From: Atractiella rhizophila
Taxonomy: Eukaryota
Reading direction: 5' to 3'
Length of the DNA stretch: 64,000 bases
Assembly (NCBI GenBank): GCA_021432655.1
Contig: MU271181.1
Coordinates: 15,189 to 79,188, forward strand
Shown here: one piece after another, positions 27,199-40,139 of the stretch
How the letters are laid out: the number at the start of each line of letters is the position of its first letter
How positions within the stretch are numbered: position 1 is the first letter of the stretch
Notes under the pieces: generated by a model
What the model was told of the DNA's origin: nothing
Seen by the model: the letters and a program-made list of their open reading frames with translations, nothing else
Databases searched by the model: none
Position numbers and translations under genes: made by a program

Positions 27199-30100
27199 AT
27201 GCACAGCGCTATTGCTCTCGAAACTCCATCAGGCTATTCACAAATGTCATTCGACTCTGTTCACGCCTTGATACCTAGTGCTCAGCAATGTGTGGTTGCT
27301 GAAGAGGTGATCAGCGCCACAGCCATGCAGTCCGATACTTTCCAACCACTTGCGCAATTGCCTGTCGATGAGTCAATCTTCCTTGGATCCTTCCTAGCTA
27401 TTTTACAACAAGGTCCAACCGCACAGCAAGAGTTACAAGATCCACTTTTCACACCTACAATTTCAGATGCCAGTCTTTCAACGGAGTCACTCCCAAGCTT
27501 CCTCCAATTGCCAAATCAAAGCACACCTGCAAGCGTTTGCAACTCAACATTCTCTCGATCTGAACATGATGATCCTCATCCTGATCAGCATTGCCCTTCT
27601 CCTCCCAACGGTCTCCAGTAACAGGATCTTCTCATCCGCTTGGGTGGATGTACCTTGAGGAATGCCGTGATATCTCAGATGGTGGTTCACCTCTGACCAG
27701 TCGAGAGATCACGCTATTCGGCATGCTGACATGGTGCAAGCTTAATCATATGTCAGAGCAGGGTTACCAACAGCTACGAGAGCTCCTCCTCCAAGCCGAT
27801 TTCGATGCAAAACTGCTTCCCCACTCTATCAAAACAATCAAGAATCTAGAAACTTGTCTTCCACTGATTCCAATCCATCTCACAAATGTGGAGGCACAGT
27901 GCAAAAGCAGACAAATGGGCAGAGTATCGAAGTCACAGGTCAAGGCACCTTTCTACCATTTGCCGTCTCTAGTTCAGCAGCGAGTTGTCGAGGACCATGA
28001 GATTTTCTCGTCTCTGTGGACCGGATTAGGGACACGACCTCACCAGCGCTCCGAGATGTGGCACGGAGACTTTTGGCATGAGTCAATTGCAATTGCACGA
28101 CAGGATCTACCTTTCCTTGCGCAAAACCAATCGGCTGTGTGGCCAGGATCCTATATATGGTACTCTCGACCACAAATCAAAAATCACGACAGCAGTACTG
28201 TCATTTTCAATCCAAAATCAAAAGCCATTGGTCGTGTAGCAGGGATTTTTCGTGGAACTGGCCCTGATGGGAATGTGAGCGATGACATTCTGGCCAGAAT
28301 CCAGCCTGTTATATCCCTCGAAGACACTTTTAAGGCTCTAACTGTTCTCATACCATCCATTAATGTCGCTAAGGCGAAGAAACTGTGGAAGATCTACCTA
28401 AACGAATCCATGGTTATCGAATCTAGCCGGCGTCAGCTTCTGATCTTGGACTTTGATCATATCGTCAACCTCACCTCCATTACCAGCAGACTCGAGGACT
28501 CCGAACTTTTAATTTGGAAGAGGAACGTAAACTTACTCGAGATGACCTCTTGACTGGTGATAACCTCATCTTAGATACCGTCGTGTTGTTCGGAAAGCAC
28601 CAGACATCAACTCCCGAAACCCTTGGGTTCTCTTCGCTATTTCGGCTCCATCCGACGCTGGCAGAACTTGAGATCGAGCGAGGAGTAATTTCTGAAGAAC
28701 AGCTAACAAAAGGGTTTCCTAGCCCACAGAAGACCTTTGTCATACCTATCTCTTTCTACTTTGATAAATTTGGTGTTTTCAGGACCACCCATCGAACCTG
28801 TGGAGGCCTTTATGCCATGATTGCAGCTTCCCCAGCTTTTCAGCGAGAGCAGCTACGAAATCGAATTGTTTGTGGCATCGTACCATTTGGGACTCACCTT
28901 CGTGAGGCTGGAGCTGAATTTCTGCGCGAGGTTGTCCAGTACTCACGTATGCCATTTCAGCTGCAGCATTTTGATCGACAGACCAACAAGCGCATTACCA
29001 GCAACTTTGTCATGTTTTTCAGCCTGCGGGGCGACGTACCTCAGATGAACGAGGATGCAGGTACCAAGCTTCCTGGTGCGATCCATCCATGTCGCAAAGA
29101 TCTCTCTCTCTGTGAAGACGCCACCAACTTTGCACACAAACCAACAGCACTCTTTAACCTTCAAAGGTCGATCAAGGACTCAAGAAAGACTCGAGAGAAT
29201 GCTGAAACGGCAATGAATGCCACAACTCGAAGTCGCATCATCCGAGACTTTGGATTGTCCGATCTGGAATCAGCATGGACAAGTGCTGGGCTTGTCTGGG
29301 ATCCGTTTCGCCAGACCCCCTCCGACATTCCTCACCCCGAAGGTGCAGGTACCTGCAAGGATCGACTGATCGATCTGAGTTTGCGTCTCGTACTCAGTCC
29401 TGCTGGTCTCGAATGTTTATCTGAGGTTTGACAAAAGAACAATTTCCATCGCCGCCAGGTTACTCTTCTACCCCCAATCCTGTCGGGCACTCCAAGCGAT
29501 TGCAACAGCGAGACGCGTTCAACATCGTGAGTTACGGTGCACTAGCCTTGGATTGCGCTTTGCGCTTTAGATTGTCTGATCCTCGCCATACGTTTGGTAT
29601 CAAGAAGGATACATTCGAGAAGCTGAAGCTTGCTTACCCAGAGGAAATCAAGAACCATGAGCACTGTTTAAACCTCTTGATTGAAACTTGGACTGCCGTC
29701 GCAGAGAGCAACTTCTGCGTGCTCGCGCGCTCGATGGATGAGGAAGCTTACTCTGAGCTTCATGACAATGTCCTAGCAGGTCGACAGGCAATGCTGAAGG
29801 TGCGTAGGTATCAGACACTGATCTACCAGGGTCTGAGAGCGTATGCAGATGTTCGGCCCACTTACGGATGAGTTAGACAAACTCCCGAACATGCACCTCG
29901 CTCTGCACCTAGCTGACGATGCTCGTCTCTTTTCTAATTGCCTTAACTCTTCTGTCGCCTTAGACGAGATTCTGCACAAGGCACCGAAGACACTTGTGCC
30001 ACACACGAATTTCAAGGACATCGATGTCGCCTTCCTCGAGGACGATAATCTTCTCCAAACAATGCGGAGTGTGCTAGCTAGAGGGACAACGGAAGATTGT

Positions 30101-30897
30101 CCTCGCATATCTCGCATCTATACTGCTTTGCAGCATGGGACCCCAAAGTTGTTCGATGGGTACTATTTTGGCCATCACGTTGTGAATGTTGGTGCTTTGG
30201 ATGATCATTCTGGGAAGGTTGGAAATCTTTCACTCGAGCAAGTTGATATCAGGTGAAGAGGTCACTGCTGAGCATCAAGCAACCGATATTATTTAGACTT
30301 CTTGATATTCAGCTCTACTTAGAGCTCTCTGGAAAGGAAAGACGTTCAAGACAACTTATCCATTCGTTGGTGAACTGCGAACAGCCTTCAGTCAAAGAAC
30401 ACATTCGACTCCTCCGTTGCGCCTACCAAGAATGGTACACCATCCCTAATCCGCTAATTGCAGCTGATCACATTTCTAACGAGCTGAGACACTTCGAAAA
30501 ACTGATATATTTCGATACAATCCTCCAGCATAAACGTACGATCCGAGTGGGGGAGCATGTTGGGTGCAATGCACAAGGGCATGCGGGCCAGCTTGTCATT
30601 CGAACAGCACGAGTGGATGAGATATTTATCCATGCACAAAGCAGCCAACATCGCATCTTTCTCAAACTCACATGGTTCAAGGACATCTGAAGCTTCTCTC
30701 CTCTCATGCCATCAGTCCGCAAGTATGAGTTAGACAGGGCAGGGTTGATTTCTTCCATCGCAGGCATCGGCATTCTTTCAAGTTCTCGGGCAGCTCATTT
30801 TTTACCAAATTATAGGAAGCACAAATTCACCGACGTCGACACCGACTCTGTGATTTCAAGTTATCTATACAATCCATTAACAGTGGCAGTGGCATAG
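27199..30897 (+). mobile_element. CMC (CACTA/EnSpm/Plavaka-related) transposase-like gene with C-terminal BAH-like region, frameshifted
   Basis: SEMWHGDFW, ISFYFDKFG (candidate D1), RGDVPQ (D2), HPCRKD, DIPH, PNMHLALHL (H-x3-H), DEILHK (E), then IRVGEHV..ARVDEIFIH..FLKLTWF. Frameshifts near 27620, 28520 and 29428; introns near 29800-29848 and from about 30253. Confidence 0.7.
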
Positions 30898-31539
30898 TTG
30901 CAATTGATATTGTTAGTTAAGTGGTCCATTTGTGAACTAACATTCTGAATATCTTTCATAATACAAGTACAATTCATTGAGAGAAGCGGCGCAATTTGCA
31001 GTTCGTTTGTGACGTTTATGCGCTGTCGGCTTTTCCTGCCACCTTCCCCTTGGAACATACTTAGTTGTTTGTTTACTCCCACGGGCAAAGGAAGACTCAC
31101 GGGGTTCTTCTTCTTCCTTTTCGCAGGAGGATTCTCATCGTTAGTTGATGTTTCCGCTTCTTCAGACCTTGAGGCTTTTGCTTTAGGAGGGGCAAACTTC
31201 TTCAGATCCTCCATACTGGTACATACAGCCAGAAGGAATGAACTATAGTGATCCCCCATTCGATCTCGCCAAAAGCCCTATTGCTACCCTTAAATCTATC
31301 TCCCCATTCCAGGTATGAACAAGAACACTCACCAGCATCAACGTCTCCAAATGCTCCACCGTGCTCATCGGTGACATTACTCCCCTCCCCCCCTCCTCCC
31401 AGCTCCTCCTGAACATCTTCAATTCCTTCACTAGCATAGGAGGGTTTTGCAATAACTCCATCCCACCTTCACATATTTCCAGCGGAATCGCGCGCTCACA
31501 GGTTGGCTCCGTCTTCCCCCTTTTCCTTTTCGGTGACAT
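30861..31539 (-). pseudogene. Small NLS-bearing hypothetical gene, convergent on the transposase
   Basis: MSPKRKRGK... ORF joins by a frameshift near 31250 to an ORF containing PAKRKKK. Confidence 0.4.
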
Positions 31540-32479
31540 TGGGATGGCTTTGGATGCGGAGGTGTGGAGCACAATAGAGGGTCGTCGTTGATGTTTGACG
31601 TTGTGAGAACCGCGAGTCACGCTGATGTTACCAAAGTGAGCGACTGCCAGCCTGAGCCTAGAGTTGCAAACATACCAAACTCAAGCGCCTGCTCCAGTGG
31701 AAGCAGTGTTGCTTTACTTTCTCGTTGGTATCATCCTGCTTCAAAGACCTGATCAGCCAGATAACGGGATCGCTGCGAATGAGGTGGCTGGACTGCATAA
31801 TCACGCAAGAAATGACGGTACCCACTCCCCACTCCGATAAATCTAAGAGATAACATACCTTGGTTCCAGCACAAAGAAGAAGGTCGCTAACACGTGTCAC
31901 GACCTCTGTGGCCATTCTCCATCTACTCCGACATCTTTGCTAACCCTTAGACTATCCTCAAACTACTCACGCATCACAACTGCCCAATGGTTGACCAAGC
32001 GTTGTCGACAGCCGAACCAGATATCCCAGCATTTTCAAAGTTGCCAACGATGGCTCCTGCTTCTCATCAGAGTCAATATATAATCGGCAATGAAATGAAA
32101 AGCACTAAACATTATTGCTATTGTGGTCCACAGCTTCGTGAGGAGTGATGGAACATGGCAAAGTGCCAGTGCGATGTGACGCTCATGGATCGTTAATGGC
32201 CAATCTAAGCCGAATTGGCATTAATCTCGTTTCGGTTGGAGGACAATACGAAGGTTCTTCTCACCTCCTTGCCACATAAACTAGCATGCATGGAGCAATC
32301 GTCAACAAGCGAAGATAACTGTTGTTGCAGTCGACAATGATGGGACAATGATGCGACAAAAATTTGACAATGTCGGGACAGTCGTGGTTGGTTGCTGGCC
32401 AAGTTTTGTTTGTCCCCGACGATTGAGCAATGCTCAAGACATAGCGGTGTAACCATACGATTACGGTTTGGACACAGTG

Positions 32480-34551
32480 TTATGCCTTTTCAATCAACGT
32501 CCAGTACCTACAAGCATTTTACTGACATTGGACAAGAATCCTGAAAAGGGATCCTATTCCGGCTAGGTATGTTCGGAGATTTCAGGTGGGAAAAATGGGA
32601 ACGAAAGAATGAAGCTATGGGATGCACGAAGGCTTACATGGATGCGATGTGTTATGAAGTGCTTCTTGCTGCTCAATCGCTAGTGAAAGGTATGTTCCTC
32701 CTGGGTGTAATTTCATGCGCACGCTCACTTTCTACTTGTCAGCTTGCAACGATCGTATTGTAGTGTACAAGAAGATTCCACTACTCCTCCCGGCGCTTGT
32801 TACGGAAGAGAGGAGGAAGTTCAGAAAGCGATCGACTTCATTGTCACCCATCAGAGGCATGTCGCCATCATCGGCGGCGCTGGTAACGGCAAATCTACGG
32901 TCGCATTAGAAGTCCTGCATGCAGACGAGATCAGGAGAGAATTCACGACTGTGAAAGATGGAAAGGAACAAGACTTTCGTTTTTGGGGCCGATGTGATGC
33001 TTTCTACGACTTCTCCTCGCTCTCTGCCTACCTCTGCAATGACGTTTTGGGATTGGTTCCCCAACTTGCAGAAAATGACCTTGACGCCGTAGCGAGATAT
33101 TTCCAAGCGCACAAGCGCATCCTCTTCTTGGATAACTTCGAGACGCCCGCACGGTCGGACACGAATAACCTGCAACCATTCTTCCAATCCTTTCTTTCCA
33201 GAAAATGCTCCTTTGGATCCATTCTCGCCGTAGTACACCGCGGCCCTCCGGTGGAACGGGTGAACTCAACAGGAGTAAGATTTCAAGAGCTAGTAATTGG
33301 CGGCTTGCGCGACGGTGCGGTACTGGACATGTTCAATGATATGTACACTGCTGGGAGAAGATATTGCTCGGTCGGGAGCAGGTAGTGAAAATCATCGTCA
33401 ACAAGCTGGACCATCTTGCTTGTCTATCAAGCTCTTCATTCTTCGCGCCAACACGGAATCAACTAAGCCACTGGCAGTTTGGCCAAGAAGTGGGCAGAGA
33501 AGACGACAACTAATGTGAAACGAAGCTTGCGAAGAGACACTCAATCTCGCTACTTCGATATCTTTTTCGCTCGATTCACCTCTTCTCAAAGGAAGACCTC
33601 AGCACTTATATCCTTGCCCTATTATCGTGGACTCCTGACGGTCTCCTGGTGGAGGATATTGTCCCTATCGTGGATAACAGGTGTGCTCATCAATCGGAAC
33701 AGTCTTCCGTGCTCGTCACCACAATCTTAACCGTCGGACTTGCTGAAGACATCTTGGATGTCTTGACAAACTCGAAACGTTTGCGCATGGTGGCACCAAT
33801 TCGCGAACATATCAGTCGCTTGGTCCTAGGTGCCTTTCTACCTTTCAAAGGCACTACTTTATCACTTCAGCCATTGACTGAAGTTCTCAGAGAAGGCTCG
33901 TAAAAATGTACGACGATTCGAAGATGAAGCCGAGTGGATCGGACTGCTGTCGTTTCGCAATGATTATCCAAACCTTGAATATGTCCTTCTAGCTGCCTTT
34001 CAACACATGGATGATCGGACAACAGCATACATCTTCCTAGCAGAAACCTGGAATATCTGTCTCTTCACAGCCTTCTCTGCATAGCATTGTTTCAGTCTGC
34101 TTTATTCTACACAAGATCCATCTCTTCTACTTCATTGACAGCTCGATTGAAGCTGGCTCTTGGATCAGCCTTTCAACAGAAGGGGAACCTACAACAGGCA
34201 CTGATACAGTTTGAGGAGGCGAAGAAGCTGTATGTTATTGTGGAAGATCAGCAAGGCATTGCCCACTGCATTCGCGGTATGGGGGAGATCGAGCGGTGTC
34301 GTAGGCGTAATGAGGAAGCGTTGAAACGGTTCGAAGAGGCGAAGGAGCTGTATGTTGTTGTGGAAGATGTGGGAGGTCAACTTAACTGCCTTTCTAACAT
34401 GGCTTCTGTTTATGTTCAAGACCGCCAGCTCACTAAAGTGATCCATCTTCATGGGGAAATGGTCAATTTGAATGTGACAGTTGGAGGCTACTATGTAGCC
34501 ATGAAGCTCACAGCGGAGAGAAGATGGCCCAACTCTTTTTCGATCTGTTAA
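32480..34551 (+). pseudogene. NLR-like STAND ATPase (NB-ARC/NACHT-related) plus TPR gene, broken
   Basis: CYGREEEV, Walker A GGAGNGKST, Walker B ILFLDNFET, RMVAPIREH and 40-aa TPR repeats (ALIQFEEAKKLY; ALKRFEEAKELY). Multiple frameshifts; no N-terminus visible. Confidence 0.88.
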
Positions 34552-35206
34552 AGTACCCCGAGGCTAGGAAGGAATTTATGAGTGCAGGTCAGCTTTACGT
34601 GGAGTGCAGTGCAGCTTCAGAGGTTGATGATTGTGACAATTTACGGGGGGAATCGCTGTGAAGAAAAGGGTTCGGATGCAAGGGAAGAACCCCTAGTGGT
34701 CACGGAACATGTATCCAATGTGAGGGAGGAAGGTGTGTCTCCTCCAGGGTTGGCATCTACAGGGAGGAAAGGCGTATCACCACTGAAAAAAAACTTCGAA
34801 GCTGCGACACATGATTGGGGGGTTTCGGTACATTTCACCTCACAGTCTGATACAAACTAATTGGTAGATCCAGCTTGGCCTCACCGTCCTAAGTCTTTCA
34901 ATCAGCATGGAGGCCACAGCGCTCCGAAGTAAAAATGCCTTGGTTGGTCTTGGATTTGGCGCATAAGGACCAATATATCAAACCTGCTCCGCGGTTGTTG
35001 TCTCAGGGCTTTTCAGTGGAATTTTTTTTGCATGTTGACTTAATCAATGCAACTCACACTTTCAGTTTAGCAACCCGAAGGGCCGCTCGCTGAAAGTGGC
35101 TTTGCACGTCAGTTTTGAGAACATTTACGTAGGACTCCGATAATTCAAAGGGTAGGGGCGAAAAGTCTTTGTTCTGGGATCTATTTTCTCAGGTCGTCCT
35201 TTTGCC

Positions 35207-37050
35207 TAGGGATGGCTATTGTACCGTATCGTCATCTCAGCACCACTTCCGAACAGTACGTGTCCCTGTCTCGGCTCGTATGGTACCGTAACAAATTTTC
35301 ATTCTCAGATACACGGCGGAAAACGGGAGAATATGACGGATTACGGGTTATATTGTTGTTGTTGTTGTGATCATATTTCAGAGCTTTCAGACTATAGTCA
35401 ACGTAGCTCCACATTTGGGGATATCACATGTGAGAAAATGAAGATGTTAACAGTCCAACAAAGTAATCTTGGAGGTTGAATCAGAACCGAGAATATTGCG
35501 ACGAGAAAGTGTAAAGGATATGAGAAAAAGGCCCCCGGTAATCCCCGTTAAAATTTATATTAGCGTAGAACGAAAGAAGCGGATGGGGGGTTACTAAATC
35601 GCGATGGCTATTGTGTGGTTGGGTTGTACGAGATGGGAATTGACGATGTATTCGGTTCCTCCTTTGCTATAACCTCATGGTATATGTGTGGTGGTAGATG
35701 GTTGTGTTCCTAGGAGCAATACCTTAGATGGGTCAGTGATGAGATTGGACGTAACTCGTTTTTAGTCTTCCCACTCCTCCCTGAACTCTTCTTCCTCCCC
35801 TCTACTTTCCGCCATTTGCTTTCGCTTCTCCTTTCTTCTGTCCAAGACTCTTTGTGCCCTTTTGATCCATAGGTTGAATTTCCCACTCTTCCGGATGAAT
35901 TCCCACACTGCTTGCGTTGCCTCCGGTTCGCTTAAAAGGTCCTTCATGGATCGGAATCGAATGTCTTTCTTCCTGAGCCTGGCCCTGAGCTTCTTCCTTT
36001 CGTCTTCGTGTTCCTCGCATTCGAAAAATAGGTGGGTGACCGTGTCGTTCATTCCACAGAAGTCGCAGTATGGCTCGTCCATACCCCGATGCGGTGGAGG
36101 TATTGGTTGTTGGAGATGTGTCCGCTGCGGAGTTGTACGAAGATGGATGCTTGAGCTCGTGGCATCTCCTTAAGCATTTCGAAGGTCTGGTCCGAGGAGA
36201 GGTGACGAGATAGCGAGTGGTGGTGTTTGCCGGCAGAGAGTGTCGGGAGTTCGCTGGGTAGGAACCGACTGGTCGTTATTATGGCCTTCAGTGCGGATGG
36301 GCTTTTCGCAATGACGATGTGGCCTGTTGCTGATTCGGGATCCGTCGCGCTGTTGGCCGCCGTGTCCGCTAGCTCGTTGCCTTTGACGTTGTTGTGGCCT
36401 GGGATCCAATGGAGAGAGATGGAGCTGGTGGGGAAGAGCCTTCGGAATCTGTTTGCCAACTTGTTGATGTTGAGGATCAAGCCGACTCCAGGTTTGCATT
36501 TCGGTTTCTTCGATAAACTTTTGACTGCGGCCTGAGAATCTGTGAAAATGCGTATAGACGAGACGGTTCCTCTTGAGTTATTGAGCGCAATCCCCAGTGT
36601 CAAGGCTCGATCTATCCCCATTAGTTCCGCTTCGAAGATGGTGTTATCGTCTTGGTTGCTGATCCTGTATCCCGCTTTGTTCTCCGGTTCCGTCATCGCT
36701 AGCCCGTATGCCACTCCATCCTCCGTCCTTGATTACGGGTTATATGGCATATAGCAAGTTCATCGCATCTTAGGTGTCACGTGTCACACTTTCGTCACGT
36801 CTGACCCTCCGGCTCTGCAATGTCATCCTCCAATGTCATCAGCTCCATTTGCAACTCTGTAAGCTGAGATTTCCAAAGGAAGTACACAATGTGATCCTGA
36901 GCATGATAAGGTTGTGTATCTCAGTATCTAGACAATGACAGCAAATACCTACGGTATCACGAGCACCAGAGAAGATGTACTTGACTCCCACAGCACAACA
37001 TATAGCACTGAAAACCTGAAAATAAGTGAGAACACTTTGAGGAGACACGT
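35207..37050 (-). mobile_element. hAT remnant (hAT-3): 3' terminus plus dimerisation-domain exon, interrupted by a LINE
   Basis: TIR tagggatggctattg at 35207 matches the hAT-1 TIR 14/15. CCAVGVKYIFSGARDTVGICCHCL (about 36900-37000) is homologous to the hAT-1 and hAT-2 C-termini. Confidence 0.85.
35354..36730 (-). mobile_element. 5'-truncated Tad1-like LINE (RNase H, Cys/His finger, 3' UTR, (CAA)n tail)
   Basis: 15-bp TSD gattacgggttatat at 35339-35353 and 36731-36745. RNase H motifs TIFEAEL, IFTDSQAA and WIPGHNNVKGNELAD, followed by QLRSGH and CDFC...HLFFEC. A frameshift near 36080. Confidence 0.95.
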
Positions 37051-37070
37051 TCTGGGACGGTGCGATCCGA

Positions 37071-38417
37071 ATGCCATCCCTAGTTCTTACGAATCCTGTC
37101 AGTGAGGATGTCCTTACCTATTATTTTGACACTGCTCTCCTCTGGCGATCGATATATTGGACTTCATGGAATCATTGGTGCTCTCAACAGCATGAACATT
37201 CCTTTCGTCATCGAGTTCTATGGGATGTGATGTGTCGCCTCAATCCAGTTGGTGAAGCAGAGAGATGGGTCATTGCGATTGAGAGAAGAGTTTACTCGGT
37301 TCCTTTTCCCATGTCGCTTTGGCACATTGATGGTTAGTCATCTATTCACTTTGAGCATATCTGGCATTAATGTTGTTTGCAGGTGATGCTGCTCTGATCA
37401 ATTGGAAGCTTATGATTCATGGTGGAATCGATGGGAAGAGCCATCTCATAGTTTATCTCAAAGTTTCCAACAATAATCGTGCTGAAATGGTATTGGACTT
37501 ATTCTGGAAGGCTTGTAAGATGTGGGGTATTCCAAGTCGATGTCGAGCAGATTTTGGATGGGAGAACATGCCAGTGAAGCTGTTTATGGAAGTTTCAAGA
37601 GGGACTGCAAGAGGTAAGCGCCTCATATGTGTTAAGTGCACTGGGACAGAATATCTTTATTGTTTCAGGTTCTATGCTTCTTGGATCATCGACACACAAC
37701 CAAGGATTGAGCGTCTCTGGAGAGATATTTGGAATTGGGTTGTACAAGCCTATTACATTCTTTTCACTTTCACGGAGCAGACTGGTGTCTTGAATCGTGA
37801 GAATGCACTTCATCTCTGGGCACTGCACTATGTTTTCCTCCCCCGAATTCAGTCATCATTGGATCATTGTATACAAATGTGGAACAATCACCCTCTCTCA
37901 AGAGAGGGTAGTTGAAAACCTTTGCAGCTTTACTATCAAGGTAAGTTTTGTTCATCCATAATGTAAACTGTTACCAGCAAAGAATGCTGGTTTTTCCATC
38001 AATCTTGAGGATGCACGACTAGGAACAAGAAATGATGACCTTCAACCTGACGTTCAGACATTGCGACTTATGGATTTTGCAGAATATGGCATCGATTACG
38101 AGTTCCTCCAAGGTCACGAGCGAAATGAAGATGGGCCTTATATCCAAATTGATCCCATCCCTGATTTCCTTTCACCGGACGAGTATACATGGATAGCTCA
38201 TAGCGTCCCTGTTGTAGGAAGAAGAAATGATGATAGAATGGGACTTAGCCTATATTCCAGGAGTTCACAACCCAGACAGCCAGCCTGATCGTGCTTTTTA
38301 CTTGGTTTATGCGCATGCAGAATACGAGTTGCAGGGTCTACCACTTGCAACGCAGGGTCTACTGATGAATTGGGTGGGTCTACTCAGACAACTGTGGGGT
38401 CTACCGAAATATTCTGG
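37071..38417 (+). mobile_element. IS3EU-like (integrase-core DDE) DNA transposon fragment
   Basis: RRVYSVPFPMSLWHIDG, IHGGIDGKSH, SNNNRA, GIPSRCRADFGWEN, RIERLWRD and YVFLPRIQ..WNNHPL. Four gggtctac repeats at about 38334-38404 near the likely terminus. Confidence 0.8.
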
Positions 38418-40139
38418 GTTGCTGACCTTTGTCACACCCCATAGTCTTACAACAGTGTCCCTACCTGTAACATCAGCATATGTGTCGGCCAATATGTCTC
38501 TCTGAAGCCCAACCGCCGTGGATGCCTGAGAGTGAAAGACGATACTCAGCTCCTTGACCCACTCTGACTGCTTCCAGCTAGCCCAGGTATATTCTAGTTC
38601 CTTCCACCAGTGGATCGGCTATGTCTCTTATTTGACCTCACCTCCGATATGAAAGCTCCCAAACAGCCTCTCTCCGTCCCATCTGGACAGCTGCTCTGTC
38701 AACTTTAGCTAACAGGAACTCGTAGCCATCATCATAGTAGGGAACAATTGTTCTAGATCGCCGTCGTACAAAGGCTTCGATTCTTGGATAGTGTCTGAAC
38801 TCTGAAATTCACCAAAAACGTTTCCCCTCTAATTCACCCCAATAGGCTCCTCCATACATTCACTCCTCTTGTCATTTTCTTTGCGTTAGGGTTGTTGGAC
38901 GGTTTTGTAAAGAAATTAACGCTTTCAATGCCGATGGGAAATGGCTTCACATGTTACCTTTTATTATGTCTTCGCAACAGCACGATCTAACCAATCTCGT
39001 TGGCAACCTAGTGGTGCATCACTTCATTCACCTTTCGTCTTGGGAGTTTTGACTCTCAGCCAACATCTCTGAAGTCGAGGCAATCGTGGTGCCCGCCATA
39101 ACTGACAACGAAGAGACAGGGAGTTAGGTTGTAGGAGGTGTCGACTGGGGTATAACAAGGAGGAAAAAGAGGAGCTGTCATCTGTCGATGCTCCTCACGC
39201 CTTTATGAGCGGTTTCATGACTTTATAAGTCGCAAAAAGATGTATAATATGATCTCATCATCATCACGTCAAACACAGCAGTCCCCGAAATCACTTGAGA
39301 CATGATTCGAAGCTAGAGAGATGATAGCCTTGACCTTGAACAATGAACATTAGTTCAGGATCGCAAACTGCGTTCAGATCAGATGGCCACCTTTTGATAA
39401 CACTTGATCAAAATTTCATCAATCTAATCTCTGATGACGATGGACAATAAATAGAACAAGTGAGCTCAGGGCAATTTGCAATGAGTAACCTTCATTTCAG
39501 GCTCACATTTAGTCTCAGGGTGAATGCCGGCACATCCTCAAATGTCGGCTTACGAAAGCTTTGAGATTCTTCCTCTGCCCTTTCACTGCTAGACCTTTTC
39601 GATCCTTCTAACTGAGGCATCTGCGTCCGTAGCCAAGAAAAGGAAATGAAAACATTTCTCCTTGTATGCGATCCCTTCACAACATCCATCGAGAAAGTCA
39701 TTTACGCACTTTCCGCTGGAGACATCGATGACAATCATGCAGAACGCCATCTGAGAGGATGTCATGCGAATGTGTCATTTCATGATCTCTCAGCGAGTGG
39801 ATGACAAAGACTTAAGTACGGTCTTTAATATGGGCACGCAAAAAATTAGAGAATTTCAAGACCGACAAATAACTACTGGTGGGGAGAGGGGGCAGAGGCA
39901 AGTGACAAGATTGTATGCCTCCTCCTTTCACCACTTGCGCACTTGCGCGTTTCCACTTTCGTCGAGCGTGTTCTGGAACTGTGGCAACTTTTCTTTTGCC
40001 ACAGGGATCTTAGCTATAAAAGCCCTCACCTGCAAGCGCGAGACTCATACTTATCTGTTATCTCGCACTTCACAGCGCTCGCACATTTGTCAGCAAGGAG
40101 GAGGACGCCTAGAATCTAAGGACGAGATCATGTAAATAC

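Noticed and set aside
24804..31664. 10-bp direct repeat agcctagagt flanking the three-gene cassette
   Set aside because: No inverted repeats lie inside it and the length does not fit a CMC TSD. Probably chance.
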